Position numbers and translations under genes: made by a program. A stretch of 64,000 bases of DNA from Dehalococcoidia bacterium (GTDB lineage Bacteria > Chloroflexota > Dehalococcoidia > Lucifugimonadales > G963668185). The stretch covers positions 2,660,478-2,724,477 of the forward strand of contig OY764162.1 in the NCBI GenBank assembly GCA_963668185.1, given 5' to 3'. This document shows positions 53,582-63,134 of this stretch, piece by piece. How positions within the stretch are numbered: the stretch's first letter is position 1; each line of letters begins with the position of its first letter. The notes beneath the pieces were generated by a model. It saw only the letters and a program-made list of their open reading frames with translations, did no database searches and had not been told where the DNA came from.

Positions 53582-56326
53582 TCAGTCCGCCACGGGCGCA
53601 GGCTCCCTCGCGCCGCCCGGCTCCGCCGCCGCGGGGTCCGCGTCCGGCTTCATGATGCGCACCGCGCAGACCTTGTACTCCGGGATCTTCGAGTCCGGAT
53701 CCAGCGCCGAGTTCGTCAGGAAGTTGGCGGCGTGATCCCGCAGCTTCACGAACGGCACGAAGATCTCGCCCGCGCGCTGCTTCTCGGTGTACAGCACGCG
53801 GCCTTCCAGGTCCCCCCGGCGTGAGCGCACCCGTATCCACTCGCCGTCCGCGGCGCCGTACTTCTCGCCGTCCGCCGGATTCATCGCCACCTCTAGCTCT
53901 GGCGACCGCGCCATCAGCCTGTCCGCGCGCCGCGTGATCGTGCCGCCGTGCCAGTGGTACAGGACGCGGCCCGTGTTGAGGATCAGCGGGAACCGCTCGG
54001 ACGGCAGCTCGTCCGCCGCCGGCCCCTGGTCGAAGGCGACGAACTTGGCGCGGTCGCCGCGCGGGAAGTCGGTCTCGTACAGGTAGCGTGTGCCCGCGTG
54101 GTCCGGGTCCGGGCACGGCCACTGGATGCCGCCCGCGTCCAGCCTGTCGTAGTCGATGCCGGCGATTATCGGCGTCAGTCTCGCCATCTCGCCCCAGATC
54201 TCCGAAGGATGGCCGTACGCGAACTGGCCCTCCACGCCGAGGCCGAGCTTCGCGCTCAACCGGCGCGCCGTCTCGCAGACGATCTGCCAGTCCGGCTTGC
54301 TGACCCCCGGCGCATCGACGGCCTTGCGCACTCTCTGTACCCTGCGCTCGCTGTTCGTGAAGGTGCCGTCCTTCTCGGCGAAGCTCGCCGCCGGCAGCAC
54401 GACGTCGGCAACCTCGGCGGTCTCGTGCATGAAGATGTCCTGGACGACGAGGAACTCCAGGTTGGCGAACGCCTTCTCGGCGTGGTGTAGGTCCGGCTCG
54501 CTCAGCAGCGGGTTCTCGCCGGTGACCCAAGCGGCCTTTATGCGACCGTCGAGCATTCCGTTGACGATCTCGGTTGCGACCAGGCCCCTCTCGCCGGGCA
54601 GCGGACCGCCCCACGCGCCTTGGAACTTTTCGAGGTTGGCGGCAAGGGCCTGGTAGCCGGGGAAGTTGTCCGGCAGGCAGCCCGCGTCGCCGCAGCCCTG
54701 CACGTTGTTCTGCCCCCGCAACGGTGAGATGCCGTTGCCCGGCTTGCCCAACTGTCCCGAAAGGAAGGACAGGTTCAGCAGGCCGTGCGCGTTCGCCGTG
54801 CCCATCGTGTGCTGCGTGATGCCCATGCCCCAGATCAGGCAGGAGCCGCTGAACGGCGGACGCGCGTACATCCGCGCCGCCTCCGCAATGTCGTCGGCGG
54901 AAACGCCGGTGATGCCGGAGACGTAGTCGAGTTCGTACTTGTCCACGACCGAGAGCCACTCGTCGAAGCCCTCAGTCCTGTTCTCGACGAACTCCTGGTC
55001 CCACAGGCCCTCGTCCAGGATGACCTTGGCCATGCCGTTCAGCAGGGCAACGTCCGTGCCCGGCCTGGGCCGGAGCCACAGGTCCGCGAAGTCGCACATG
55101 TCGATGCGGCGCGGATTGATGACGACGAGCTTCGCGCCGCGCTCGACTACTGCCCGCCGCATCCGCGAGGCCGCGACGGGGTGGTTGGAGTTGGCGTCCG
55201 AGCCGATGATGACGAGGCAGCCCGCGTCCTCGTAGTCGGCGTACGAGTTGCTGGTCGCGCCGCTGCCGAGCGCGGTCAGCATCGCCTCCACCGACGGCGC
55301 GTGGCAGAGGCGGGTGCAGTGGTCGATGTGGTTGGAACCCATGACGAGCCGAGCGAACTTCTGCTGGACGTAGCCGTCTTCGTTGGTGCACTTGGCCGAG
55401 CAGAAGGTGGCGAAGGTGTCGCCCCGGTACGCGGGCAGACGCTCGGCAATGACGTCCATCGCCTCTTCCCAAGTGGCGGGCGTAAGCTCCCCGTTCCGCC
55501 TGACGAGCGGCGTGGTGAGCCGGTCCTTGTGGTGTACGAACGTGTACCCGAAGCGCCCCTTCACGCACAGCATCCCGAGGCTCGACTGGTTGTCGGGATC
55601 GTCCAGCATTCGAAGGATGCGGTCGTTCTCGTCAACCTCCGCCTTGATGCCGCAGCCCACGCCGCAGTATGGGCAGACCGTGCTGACGGTCCTGACCGGG
55701 TTGGGCACGGGCGCCTTAAGCTCGATCGCCCCGGTCGGGCAGACGGAAAGGCACTGGCCGCAGGTCGTGCAGACCGACTCCAGCAGCGGCCTGTCCATGA
55801 ACGTGCCGATGCGCGCGTCCGTCCCTGAGCCGAGAACGTCTATCGCGCCGATGAACTGGTGGCCGTCCTGGCACGCCTGCGCGCAGCGGCCGCACATGAT
55901 GCAGTCCGACATGGCGATGTTGAAGACCGGGTTGCTCGTGTCGATGGGCTGCCTGTCCCGGCCCGTCCAGCGCGGTGCGCTGAGGCCGTGACGCTCGGCG
56001 GCGATGGTCAGTTCCTTGTACTCCTGGTGCCCGTTCGGTTCGAGCATCGCCATCGTGAGTTCGAGCACGCCGCGCCGGAGATCGACGGTCTCCTCGGCGT
56101 CGGTGCGTACCTGCATGCCGTCGGCGGCGGGCACCGAGCAGGAGGCCGGGAACCCGCGAACGCCGTCGATCTGCACGAGGCAGGTGCGGCAGGCGGCGAT
56201 CGCGTTCATGTCCGGGTCCTTGCAGAGTTGCGAGATGTAGATGCCGGACGCGTTTATCGCGTCCAGCACGGACGAGCCTTCGTCCACCTCCACCAACTTG
56301 CCGTTGACGGACAGCGTCACTGCCAT
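53582..56326 (-). CDS. fdhF: Formate dehydrogenase alpha subunit (Cys-type, Mo/W-bisPGD) with N-terminal Fe-S domains
   Basis: [2Fe-2S] C..CRTC..C, two CxxCxxCxxxC, CPYCGVGC, HCTRLCHAPS, LRGQNNVQG, PEYKVCAV. Confidence 0.92.
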   Translation of the reverse strand: MAVTLSVNGKLVEVDEGSSVLDAINASGIYISQLCKDPDMNAIAACRTCLVQIDGVRGFPASCSVPAADGMQVRTDAEETVDLRRGVLELTMAMLEPNGHQEYKELTIAAERHGLSAPRWTGRDRQPIDTSNPVFNIAMSDCIMCGRCAQACQDGHQFIGAIDVLGSGTDARIGTFMDRPLLESVCTTCGQCLSVCPTGAIELKAPVPNPVRTVSTVCPYCGVGCGIKAEVDENDRILRMLDDPDNQSSLGMLCVKGRFGYTFVHHKDRLTTPLVRRNGELTPATWEEAMDVIAERLPAYRGDTFATFCSAKCTNEDGYVQQKFARLVMGSNHIDHCTRLCHAPSVEAMLTALGSGATSNSYADYEDAGCLVIIGSDANSNHPVAASRMRRAVVERGAKLVVINPRRIDMCDFADLWLRPRPGTDVALLNGMAKVILDEGLWDQEFVENRTEGFDEWLSVVDKYELDYVSGITGVSADDIAEAARMYARPPFSGSCLIWGMGITQHTMGTANAHGLLNLSFLSGQLGKPGNGISPLRGQNNVQGCGDAGCLPDNFPGYQALAANLEKFQGAWGGPLPGERGLVATEIVNGMLDGRIKAAWVTGENPLLSEPDLHHAEKAFANLEFLVVQDIFMHETAEVADVVLPAASFAEKDGTFTNSERRVQRVRKAVDAPGVSKPDWQIVCETARRLSAKLGLGVEGQFAYGHPSEIWGEMARLTPIIAGIDYDRLDAGGIQWPCPDPDHAGTRYLYETDFPRGDRAKFVAFDQGPAADELPSERFPLILNTGRVLYHWHGGTITRRADRLMARSPELEVAMNPADGEKYGAADGEWIRVRSRRGDLEGRVLYTEKQRAGEIFVPFVKLRDHAANFLTNSALDPDSKIPEYKVCAVRIMKPDADPAAAEPGGAREPAPVAD

Positions 56327-57946
56327 TCAGCCACCTCCCGATTCGATTCTGTTTTCGAACGCGTCTCCGAAGAAATGTAATGCGCTCAGCACGGGATTGC
56401 CCGCAAGCTGGCCCAGGTTGCACAGCGAGGCGGCGTTGATCACGTTCGCCAGGTGTTTCAACTCCTCCATGTCCTCGCTTGTGCCGGAGCCTGAAATCAC
56501 GCGGTCCAGCGCGGCCACCTGCAGCGGCGTGCCCTCGCGGCACGGCGTGCACTTGCCGCACGACTCGTCGGCGTTGTAGGCGGCCAGGTCTCGGACCACG
56601 TCCAGCACGTCCAGCCGCTCGTCGAGGGGGACGACGCCGCCCGCGCCGAGCATAACCCCGGAGTCGTGGAGCGATCCCGGCATGATCGGCGTGTCGATCA
56701 TGTCCGCGGACATGACGCCGCTTGAGGGGCCGCCGACCGCGAGCGTGGTTATCGAGCGCCCGGACTCCGGGCCGCCGCCAACGTCGTGAATCAACTCGCG
56801 CAGTGTCGTGCCCATCGGGGCCTCGACCATGCCGGGACGCCTGACCGAGCCGCTGAGGCTGATCAGCTTCGTCCCCCGCGCATCCCCGGAGCCGACGGCT
56901 GAGTAAGCGTCGCTGCCGGCAGACAGGATGTACGGCGTGGAGGCGATGGTCTCGGCGTTGTTGATGACGGTGGGCCGCGCCCACAGCCCGGCGATGACCG
57001 GCAGCGGGTCCTTCATGCGGGGCTCGCGGCGCTTGCCTTCCATCGTGTTCAGCATGGTGGTCTCGTCCCCGCAGACGTAGCCGCCCGCGCCGCGCCTGAC
57101 CTCGGCCTCGACGGCCCAGCCGGAGCCGAGCACGTCTCCGCCGACAAGCCCCAGCGCACGGGCCTGGTCGATCGCGTTCTGAACGCGCTGCGCCGACAGG
57201 TTCGCCTCGGCGTTGATGTACAGATATACCTGGTCCAGCCCGGCGGCGTACGCGGCGATCAGGCAGCCCTCCAGTAGCTGGAAGGGGAGCCCTTCCATGA
57301 GGTGCCTGTCCTTGAAGATGCCCGGCTCGCCCTCCTCGCAGTTGACGACGAGATACTTCGGCCTGCCCGGATTTGACCTCGCCCCGCGCCACTTGATCGC
57401 GGCCGGGAAGTACGCGCCGCCCCTGCCGCGCAGGCCGGAGTCGGAGACGGTCTCGATCACGTCTTCCGGCGCGCCCGACAGCGCCTTGGCGAGGCCCTCG
57501 AAGCCGCCCTCGCCGATGTACTCGTCCACGCCGACGGCGTCCACTTCGCCCATGCCCCTGGTTGTCGCCCGGTGCTGCGGGGCGAAGAACTCCTCAACCT
57601 GCGCGCCAACGTCCGGGTTCACCGGCTCGCCGCCGCCATTCGCCGCGCCGGCAACGATGGAGGCCACGTCGTCGAGGGTTACGCGGCAGTGTCGTATCTG
57701 GTCGCCGTCCGCCGTCGTCACGAGCGCCTGCGGCCCGGCGAAGCACGCGCCGTCGCAGCCTGTGGTGACTACGTACGCTGTATCGGGCAACCCGGCTTCG
57801 ATATCCCTTGCTACTTCTGCCGCGCCGACTGCCTGCGAGCAGTGGCCGACCTGTACCGCGATCCGGGTCTTCCCGGCGCGAGCGTCGAGGCGCTCCCGCG
57901 CGGACGCCGCGATGCGCGCGAAGGACTGCGCCGCCTTCTCGCTCAC
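56327..57946 (-). CDS. NuoF/FdsB-like NADH-binding flavoprotein subunit with N-terminal thioredoxin-like Fe-S domain
   Basis: GLRGRGGA.FP, EGEPG.FKDR, GAGGYVCGDET, ESCGKCTPCREG...SLC; GTG start overlapping the upstream stop (GTGA). Confidence 0.9.
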   Translation of the reverse strand: MSEKAAQSFARIAASARERLDARAGKTRIAVQVGHCSQAVGAAEVARDIEAGLPDTAYVVTTGCDGACFAGPQALVTTADGDQIRHCRVTLDDVASIVAGAANGGGEPVNPDVGAQVEEFFAPQHRATTRGMGEVDAVGVDEYIGEGGFEGLAKALSGAPEDVIETVSDSGLRGRGGAYFPAAIKWRGARSNPGRPKYLVVNCEEGEPGIFKDRHLMEGLPFQLLEGCLIAAYAAGLDQVYLYINAEANLSAQRVQNAIDQARALGLVGGDVLGSGWAVEAEVRRGAGGYVCGDETTMLNTMEGKRREPRMKDPLPVIAGLWARPTVINNAETIASTPYILSAGSDAYSAVGSGDARGTKLISLSGSVRRPGMVEAPMGTTLRELIHDVGGGPESGRSITTLAVGGPSSGVMSADMIDTPIMPGSLHDSGVMLGAGGVVPLDERLDVLDVVRDLAAYNADESCGKCTPCREGTPLQVAALDRVISGSGTSEDMEELKHLANVINAASLCNLGQLAGNPVLSALHFFGDAFENRIESGGG

Positions 57947-58407
57947 TGCCGCGCTCCGGCGATCAGCGCCCGGACCGACTCTACGGTCGCGCGCCCATGC
58001 CAGCGGTGGTCGAACTCGACGGCGGGAGCGACGCCGCACAGGAAGCCGCACTCGACCTCCTCGAAGGTGATCGCGCCGTCGGTCGTCGTCTGGCCGGACG
58101 GCAGGCCGAGGTCGTCGGAGACCGCGCTCGCGATGTCGCGTCCGCCCTGCTGCCAGCACGGCAGGCCGGTGCATACGCGCAGCACATGAGCGCCCGGCTT
58201 GTCGATGCGCAACTCGGTGTAGCTGGTGGCCGCGCCGTACACCTCGCTGGCCGGCATCCCGAGGTGCCATCCGACCACCTCCATGCCCCAGTCGGGCAGA
58301 TGGCCGAACTGCTCGTGCAGGAAGTGCAGCGCGGGCAGAAGCTGGCCGTGGTCACGGGGAAACCTGTCCCGCAGCGCCCTGCGAAGGGTCCTCTGGTCTG
58401 TGATCAA
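57943..58407 (-). CDS. NuoE/FdsG-like [2Fe-2S] subunit
   Basis: LLPALH...GHL, SEVYG.ATSY, CxxxxC (CTGLPC) and CxxxC (CGFLC) then AP. Confidence 0.88.
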   Translation of the reverse strand: MITDQRTLRRALRDRFPRDHGQLLPALHFLHEQFGHLPDWGMEVVGWHLGMPASEVYGAATSYTELRIDKPGAHVLRVCTGLPCWQQGGRDIASAVSDDLGLPSGQTTTDGAITFEEVECGFLCGVAPAVEFDHRWHGRATVESVRALIAGARQ

Positions 58408-58486
58408 TACATTCTCAATAGGGGAAGGGCCAGACGTACTGGCACGCCCGGATTGCCGCAAACCCTATATCAACGCCCCCGATTGT

Positions 58487-60313
58487 TCAAGAAAAGGCGT
58501 GCAGGGGCAGGCCGAGTTCGGCCAGCTTCCCGTCTGGGATGAGGCCGTCGGCAGTCCAGCCGCGGGCGCGATAGTAGCCGTCGATCATGTCGTCTAGCTC
58601 CCGCCGCGTCAGGCGCACGCCCTTGACCGGCGCGTCTGAGAGGGCCTCGGACAGCGCGCGTGGCGGCAGGCCGTCGTCGGCTCGCGTCCAGCCCTCGCGG
58701 ATGTTGAACAGCTTCCTGAGATTGTTGATGCGCTCGCCCGCCTTCCTGAGATCGTCGGCCGATGTTTGCCAGCCGGTCACGTGGCCGTAGATCTCGGCCG
58801 ACTCCTCGTACAGGTCGTCGAACGCCTTCCTGAGGAACTTGCACCAGATCAGGGAGTCCAGCACTGCCGAGAAGTCCTCGCCGTCGGCGGTGATCTTGCC
58901 GCGCCGCTCATCCACCGCAAGCCTGTCCACGTGCGCCGAGAAGTCGGCCTCGTACGCCGACGATCTGTTGTGGCACGCGCCACGCGTGCTGACCGCTAGG
59001 CCCAGCGCCATGGTCTTGAGCGATCTCGGCTCGTAGCCCGGCATCTCCAGGCCCTTCACGTGCATGGCCCAGTCTTCGGAGCCATGGCCGATCTTGCGAG
59101 AGGCGTCGCGCACGCCTCCGGCGAGCAGGTCGCCGATGCCGCGCCGCTCCGCGATGAGCCGGAGGGCGGCGGCTAGCGCGTCGGCGTTGCCGAATCGAAG
59201 GTCCAGGCCCCCCGTGTCTTCCGAAGTCAGGATGCCCTTCTCGAAGCACTCCATCGCCCACGCGACGGTCGCGCCGGCGCTGATCGTGTCCATGCCGGCG
59301 TCGTCGCAGTAGTGGGAGGCGCGTATCACGGCGTTGGCGTCGGATACGCCCACGAGCGGGCCGAGGGCGAAGCTGCTCTCGTACTCCATGCGCCCCCGAG
59401 ACTGCTTGCCGCCGTCGGTTGTGACGACGATCTGCTCGCAGCCGATGGTGCAGTTCGCGCAGTGCGCGTTGCGGACGTGGTGAGTCGTGCGCAGTTCCTC
59501 GCCGCTCACGCCTTCCGCGCCGTCGAACGTCGCCGCGCTGAAGTTGCGGGTGGGCAGTGAGCCAAGGCGGTTGAACACGAGCATGTTCGCGACCGTGCCC
59601 ATGTTGCGGTACTTCTCGGTGGCGTCGCCCAGGCTTCGGCGGGTCAGGTCGGCGCCTATGCGCCGCAGCGCGTCCGGAGCGTGCACCGGCACGGATGCGC
59701 CGCCCTTGACGGCGATGGCCTTGAGGTTCTTCGACCCCATGACGGCGCCCGTTCCCGTGCGCCCAGCTTGGCGGCCCCCGTCGTTGCTGATGCTGGCGAA
59801 CCGCACCAGGTTTTCGCCGGCCGGCCCGATGCAGGCCACGCGCACACCCCGGCCAAGCATGTTCTTGACGGCGGCCTCCGTATCGCCCGTGCCGAGCCCG
59901 GCAAGGTCGGCGGCGTCCTCGAATCTGACTCCGGCCTCGTCTATAACGAGCAGAGTTGGACTTGCCGCGCGGCCCAGGATGACGACGGCGTCGCAGCCGG
60001 TCTTCTTCAGTTCGGGCGCGAGGAAACTGGACGATAGCGAGTCGCCAATGAACCCGGTGAGCGGCGACTTGGCGGCGACGGCGAACTTGCTTGACGTCGT
60101 GAGCCTGCTCCCCACGAGGGGGCTGGTGGCGAAGATGAGCGGGTTGTCCGGGCCGAGCGGGTCGGCCCCCGCAGGGCAGAACTCGTAGAGCAGGTACGCG
60201 GCAAGGCCCGCCCCGCCTATGAAGTCCCTCAGCACGCGCGAATCCAGGGACTCCCACCTGCTGGACGAATCGGAGAGATCTACGACCAGTATCCTGCCGT
60301 TGTAACCGAACAC
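58487..60313 (-). CDS. aor: Aldehyde:ferredoxin oxidoreductase (AOR/WOR family)
   Basis: GYNGRIL.VDLS, KSPLTG, GPAGENLV, GRTG.GAVMGSKNLKAI, CANCTIGC, GMDTIS, KGLEMPGYEPR. Confidence 0.92.
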   Translation of the reverse strand: MFGYNGRILVVDLSDSSSRWESLDSRVLRDFIGGAGLAAYLLYEFCPAGADPLGPDNPLIFATSPLVGSRLTTSSKFAVAAKSPLTGFIGDSLSSSFLAPELKKTGCDAVVILGRAASPTLLVIDEAGVRFEDAADLAGLGTGDTEAAVKNMLGRGVRVACIGPAGENLVRFASISNDGGRQAGRTGTGAVMGSKNLKAIAVKGGASVPVHAPDALRRIGADLTRRSLGDATEKYRNMGTVANMLVFNRLGSLPTRNFSAATFDGAEGVSGEELRTTHHVRNAHCANCTIGCEQIVVTTDGGKQSRGRMEYESSFALGPLVGVSDANAVIRASHYCDDAGMDTISAGATVAWAMECFEKGILTSEDTGGLDLRFGNADALAAALRLIAERRGIGDLLAGGVRDASRKIGHGSEDWAMHVKGLEMPGYEPRSLKTMALGLAVSTRGACHNRSSAYEADFSAHVDRLAVDERRGKITADGEDFSAVLDSLIWCKFLRKAFDDLYEESAEIYGHVTGWQTSADDLRKAGERINNLRKLFNIREGWTRADDGLPPRALSEALSDAPVKGVRLTRRELDDMIDGYYRARGWTADGLIPDGKLAELGLPLHAFS

Positions 60314-60365
60314 GTCTGCCTCAGAGGTTTAATCGCTATAGCAGCATTGTACCTAACGCCGTTCG

Positions 60366-60677
60366 CTAGCCCCCGGAAAGGCTGGAGAAGAGCAGCAGCG
60401 CGTCGCCGTCGGCGAGGGACACCGGCTCGTCGGCAACGAACAGGTTGCCGTTCAGGTTGAATGTGTAGCTGGGCGCGAGGTCCGCGCCATCTTCGCGTAT
60501 GGCCACGCCGACTAGCTCAGGGCAGGCGCCGGCGAGGGCGCGCGCCACGTCAGCGCGGCGGGACCGCGCGGGCACGGCGACGTCAACGGCGGCGCGCCCG
60601 TAGGCGAGCCGGGCTGAGCCGAACAGCTCCACGGCGACGCGGACGGAGGGGCGTTCAGGACGGTGCGCGGTTTCCAC
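60366..60677 (-). CDS. moaD: MoaD/ThiS family sulfur carrier
   Basis: VELFG, beta-grasp pattern, C-terminal SGG; adjacent to AOR and mobA. Confidence 0.75.
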   Translation of the reverse strand: METAHRPERPSVRVAVELFGSARLAYGRAAVDVAVPARSRRADVARALAGACPELVGVAIREDGADLAPSYTFNLNGNLFVADEPVSLADGDALLLFSSLSGG

Positions 60678-60789
60678 TTGCGATGCCTTGGGCTTTACGG
60701 CCTACTGGAGATTCAATATCTTCCAACTGTACCGCCGTTGATAGTCTGCCTCGCTCCATATCGCACCCCACTCGACGTTCTTCCCCGCG

Positions 60790-61587
60790 CTACGTCGGTC
60801 TCTGCAAGGCCAACGTGAGCCATGCCGGCAATGCTGCCCGGGGGTTCTCGTTCCAGTCCAGCAGGCTGTCGTCAGTTCCCGGCAAGTACGAAAAGCCTTG
60901 CCAGAATCTTGAGTCGCCGGCGGGACTCTCCAAGATTCGCCGTAGGATGAACCCCGCGGTCGTCAGAGGGTTGAGAATGTCTGCAAGAGTCCAGTTGAAC
61001 CTGAATGCACCTTCCTTCCGGTCCTTGAAAGGCCCGGTTTCCCAATATGGTTTTGCAACCTCAATCGGTAGAACCTGGTCTTTCCAAGGACGCTGGAAGG
61101 GGTGGATGTCGTAACAAACGTAGTGCCCGCCTGGCCGCAGGATGCGATACATCTCACTGAAGACCGCCTGCAGGTCTGCAATCCAAACGAAGAATCCGTT
61201 GGATGAGAAGACCAGATCGAACTCCGCGTTCCCGATAAGACTTAGATCGGCGGCATCAGCCTGCACAAACTTGATTGGCAACCTCAGGTGTCCCGCTCGT
61301 TTCGAGGCTACCGCCAGGCGCCGCTCGGAGATATCTACCGAGGTGACATTTGCTCCCATCCCGGAAAAAGCGAAGGCAGCGTGGTTGTCCCCACTACCAA
61401 CAATGCATACGTCTTTGCCAGGCACTGCACCGACGACCTCGCGAGCCAGTCCAAGCCCGCCTCCTGCGAAGGCTATGTCAGGATCGGAAGGGCAGCGTTG
61501 CCAAAGCCCGCCTTCTTCTTCAAGCTCCTCCCACCACTCCGCGACCTCGTTCCAGTACCGCCGGTTGGCTTGGTGCCTAGTACTCAT
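60790..61587 (-). CDS. Class I SAM-dependent methyltransferase
   Basis: VCIVGSGD motif I, VTSVDIS, FDLVFS, RILRPGG; codon style differs from its neighbours. Confidence 0.85.
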   Translation of the reverse strand: MSTRHQANRRYWNEVAEWWEELEEEGGLWQRCPSDPDIAFAGGGLGLAREVVGAVPGKDVCIVGSGDNHAAFAFSGMGANVTSVDISERRLAVASKRAGHLRLPIKFVQADAADLSLIGNAEFDLVFSSNGFFVWIADLQAVFSEMYRILRPGGHYVCYDIHPFQRPWKDQVLPIEVAKPYWETGPFKDRKEGAFRFNWTLADILNPLTTAGFILRRILESPAGDSRFWQGFSYLPGTDDSLLDWNENPRAALPAWLTLALQRPT

Positions 61588-61609
61588 TCAGGCGTTTCGC
61601 TCCCATGCT

Positions 61610-62227
61610 CTACACCCACCGCTCCTCGGCTGCCAGCGCTTCGCCACGGTCGAGGTCAGCCTGGGTGTTCACGTTGAAGAAGCTCAAACGGTCCGGATCT
61701 AACTCCGCGACTTCCGACTCCGAGACAGACCTGACGCGCACGTCCTTGAAGAAGCCGGCGATCTTGAACCGACCGGCTTCGAGTCTGGGCCGGATGTGTT
61801 CGAGGCACGCCTTGCCGTAGAGGGCGTGGGTGGGTTCCGGCCTGCCGTCAAGCTCCGGTACAACCACGTCGAAGCCTGGCCGCAGCGCCATCAGTCGCCG
61901 CAGCAGCGCCACGTTCAGGAACGGCATGTCGCAGGCGACGACCAGCCCCCACGCGGAGTTGGCGGCGTGAAGCCCGGTGTAGATTCCGCCGAGTGAGCCG
62001 CTGTCCGGGTATGCGTCGGTAACTACGCGCACGTCCGAAGGCAGCGGCAGGGCAGCCGCCTGCTCCATGTTGGCGACTACAAGGACGGTCTCGTCGGCAA
62101 CTTCACCGACGCGGCTGAGCACACGGTCGATCAGCAACTCCCCGCCGACGCGTTCGAGAGCCTTGTTCCTGCCGAGCCGTCGGCTCAACCCGCCCGCGAG
62201 CACAATCGCCGTCAGATCAGCGTCCAT
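61610..62227 (-). CDS. mobA: Molybdenum cofactor guanylyltransferase
   Basis: LAGGLSRRLGRNKA, GSLGGI, VACDMPF, EPTHALY, FFNVNT. Confidence 0.92.
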   Translation of the reverse strand: MDADLTAIVLAGGLSRRLGRNKALERVGGELLIDRVLSRVGEVADETVLVVANMEQAAALPLPSDVRVVTDAYPDSGSLGGIYTGLHAANSAWGLVVACDMPFLNVALLRRLMALRPGFDVVVPELDGRPEPTHALYGKACLEHIRPRLEAGRFKIAGFFKDVRVRSVSESEVAELDPDRLSFFNVNTQADLDRGEALAAEERWV

Positions 62228-62286
62228 ACCCCTACTTTAGCCTGTCCGGGCAGCAATTGCCGACAGTTCCGGACGGATGGTGCGGG

Positions 62287-63018
62287 CTAACGCCCCTGCG
62301 AGAGCCGGTCGATCAGGCGCTGTGGCAGTCCGGCGTCTGTCATCTTGCGCTGCGTCTCAGCCACGTCGTACTCGGTACGGTGATGGTAGATCGCGCCCTC
62401 GTCGGAGTCGTAAACGGCGTAGCTTGCCCTGGGATCGCCGTCCCTCGGCTGTCCCACCGAGCCGGGGTTGATCAGCATCCTTTCGCTGCCCAGAGACACC
62501 GGGGAGTCTTCCGGGAAGGTGACGAACGCCGTCGAGTTCTCGACGGGCACGCACAGGAACGGGACGTGCGAGTGTCCCAGGAGGCACCAGTTGGTGTCGA
62601 AGTGCAGGAAGCTGACCACCGCGGACGCCTGCGAAACGACGTACTCCCAAACGGGGTCGCGCGGGCTTCCGTGCACCAGGGTGAACTCGCCCTGTTCCAC
62701 CTTCAACGGTTGGGCGGCCAGGGCCCCCGCTTGCTCCGGGTCCAGCTGGGCTGCGGTCCACCTGTTCGCCTCGGCGGCGTACTGGTTGAAGGCCTCCACG
62801 CTGAGGCGGCCGGCCGCCGCGAGGTCGTGATTGCCTGCGACGGCGATGTGCTCGTGCTTCTGGAGCAGCCTCAGGCATTCGACCGGGTCCGGCCCGTAAC
62901 CGACCAGGTCGCCCAGTGACCAGATCTGGGAGAAGCCGCCGCGCCGCGTCGCGTCGTCGATAACGCTGGTAAAGGCTTCGAGGTTTGAGTGGACGTCCCC
63001 GACTATGAGCGCTCTCAC
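62287..63018 (-). CDS. Metallophosphoesterase (calcineurin-like)
   Basis: GDVHSN, LGDLVGYG, GNHD, VHGSP, GHSH, NPGSVGQPRD. Confidence 0.92.
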   Translation of the reverse strand: MRALIVGDVHSNLEAFTSVIDDATRRGGFSQIWSLGDLVGYGPDPVECLRLLQKHEHIAVAGNHDLAAAGRLSVEAFNQYAAEANRWTAAQLDPEQAGALAAQPLKVEQGEFTLVHGSPRDPVWEYVVSQASAVVSFLHFDTNWCLLGHSHVPFLCVPVENSTAFVTFPEDSPVSLGSERMLINPGSVGQPRDGDPRASYAVYDSDEGAIYHHRTEYDVAETQRKMTDAGLPQRLIDRLSQGR

Positions 63019-63134
63019 TGGACTCCTTGTTGAGCACTGTCCGAATGTGAACCTATAATACATTCGCATCCATCACATCACTATCGGGCAGGCGACCGCT
63101 GTCAGACCAAAGCTCACCCACCGAAGACCGCCTC

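Noticed and set aside
53582-56326. Selenocysteine-containing FDH
   Set aside because: Active-site motif reads HCTRLCH with Cys and no in-frame TGA
60655-60760. Short minus-strand ORF MERGRLSTAVQL resembling the MoaD start (ERPSVRVAVEL), a possible stub beside the methyltransferase insert
   Set aside because: About 5 of 11 identities and no clear DNA-level match; too weak to count
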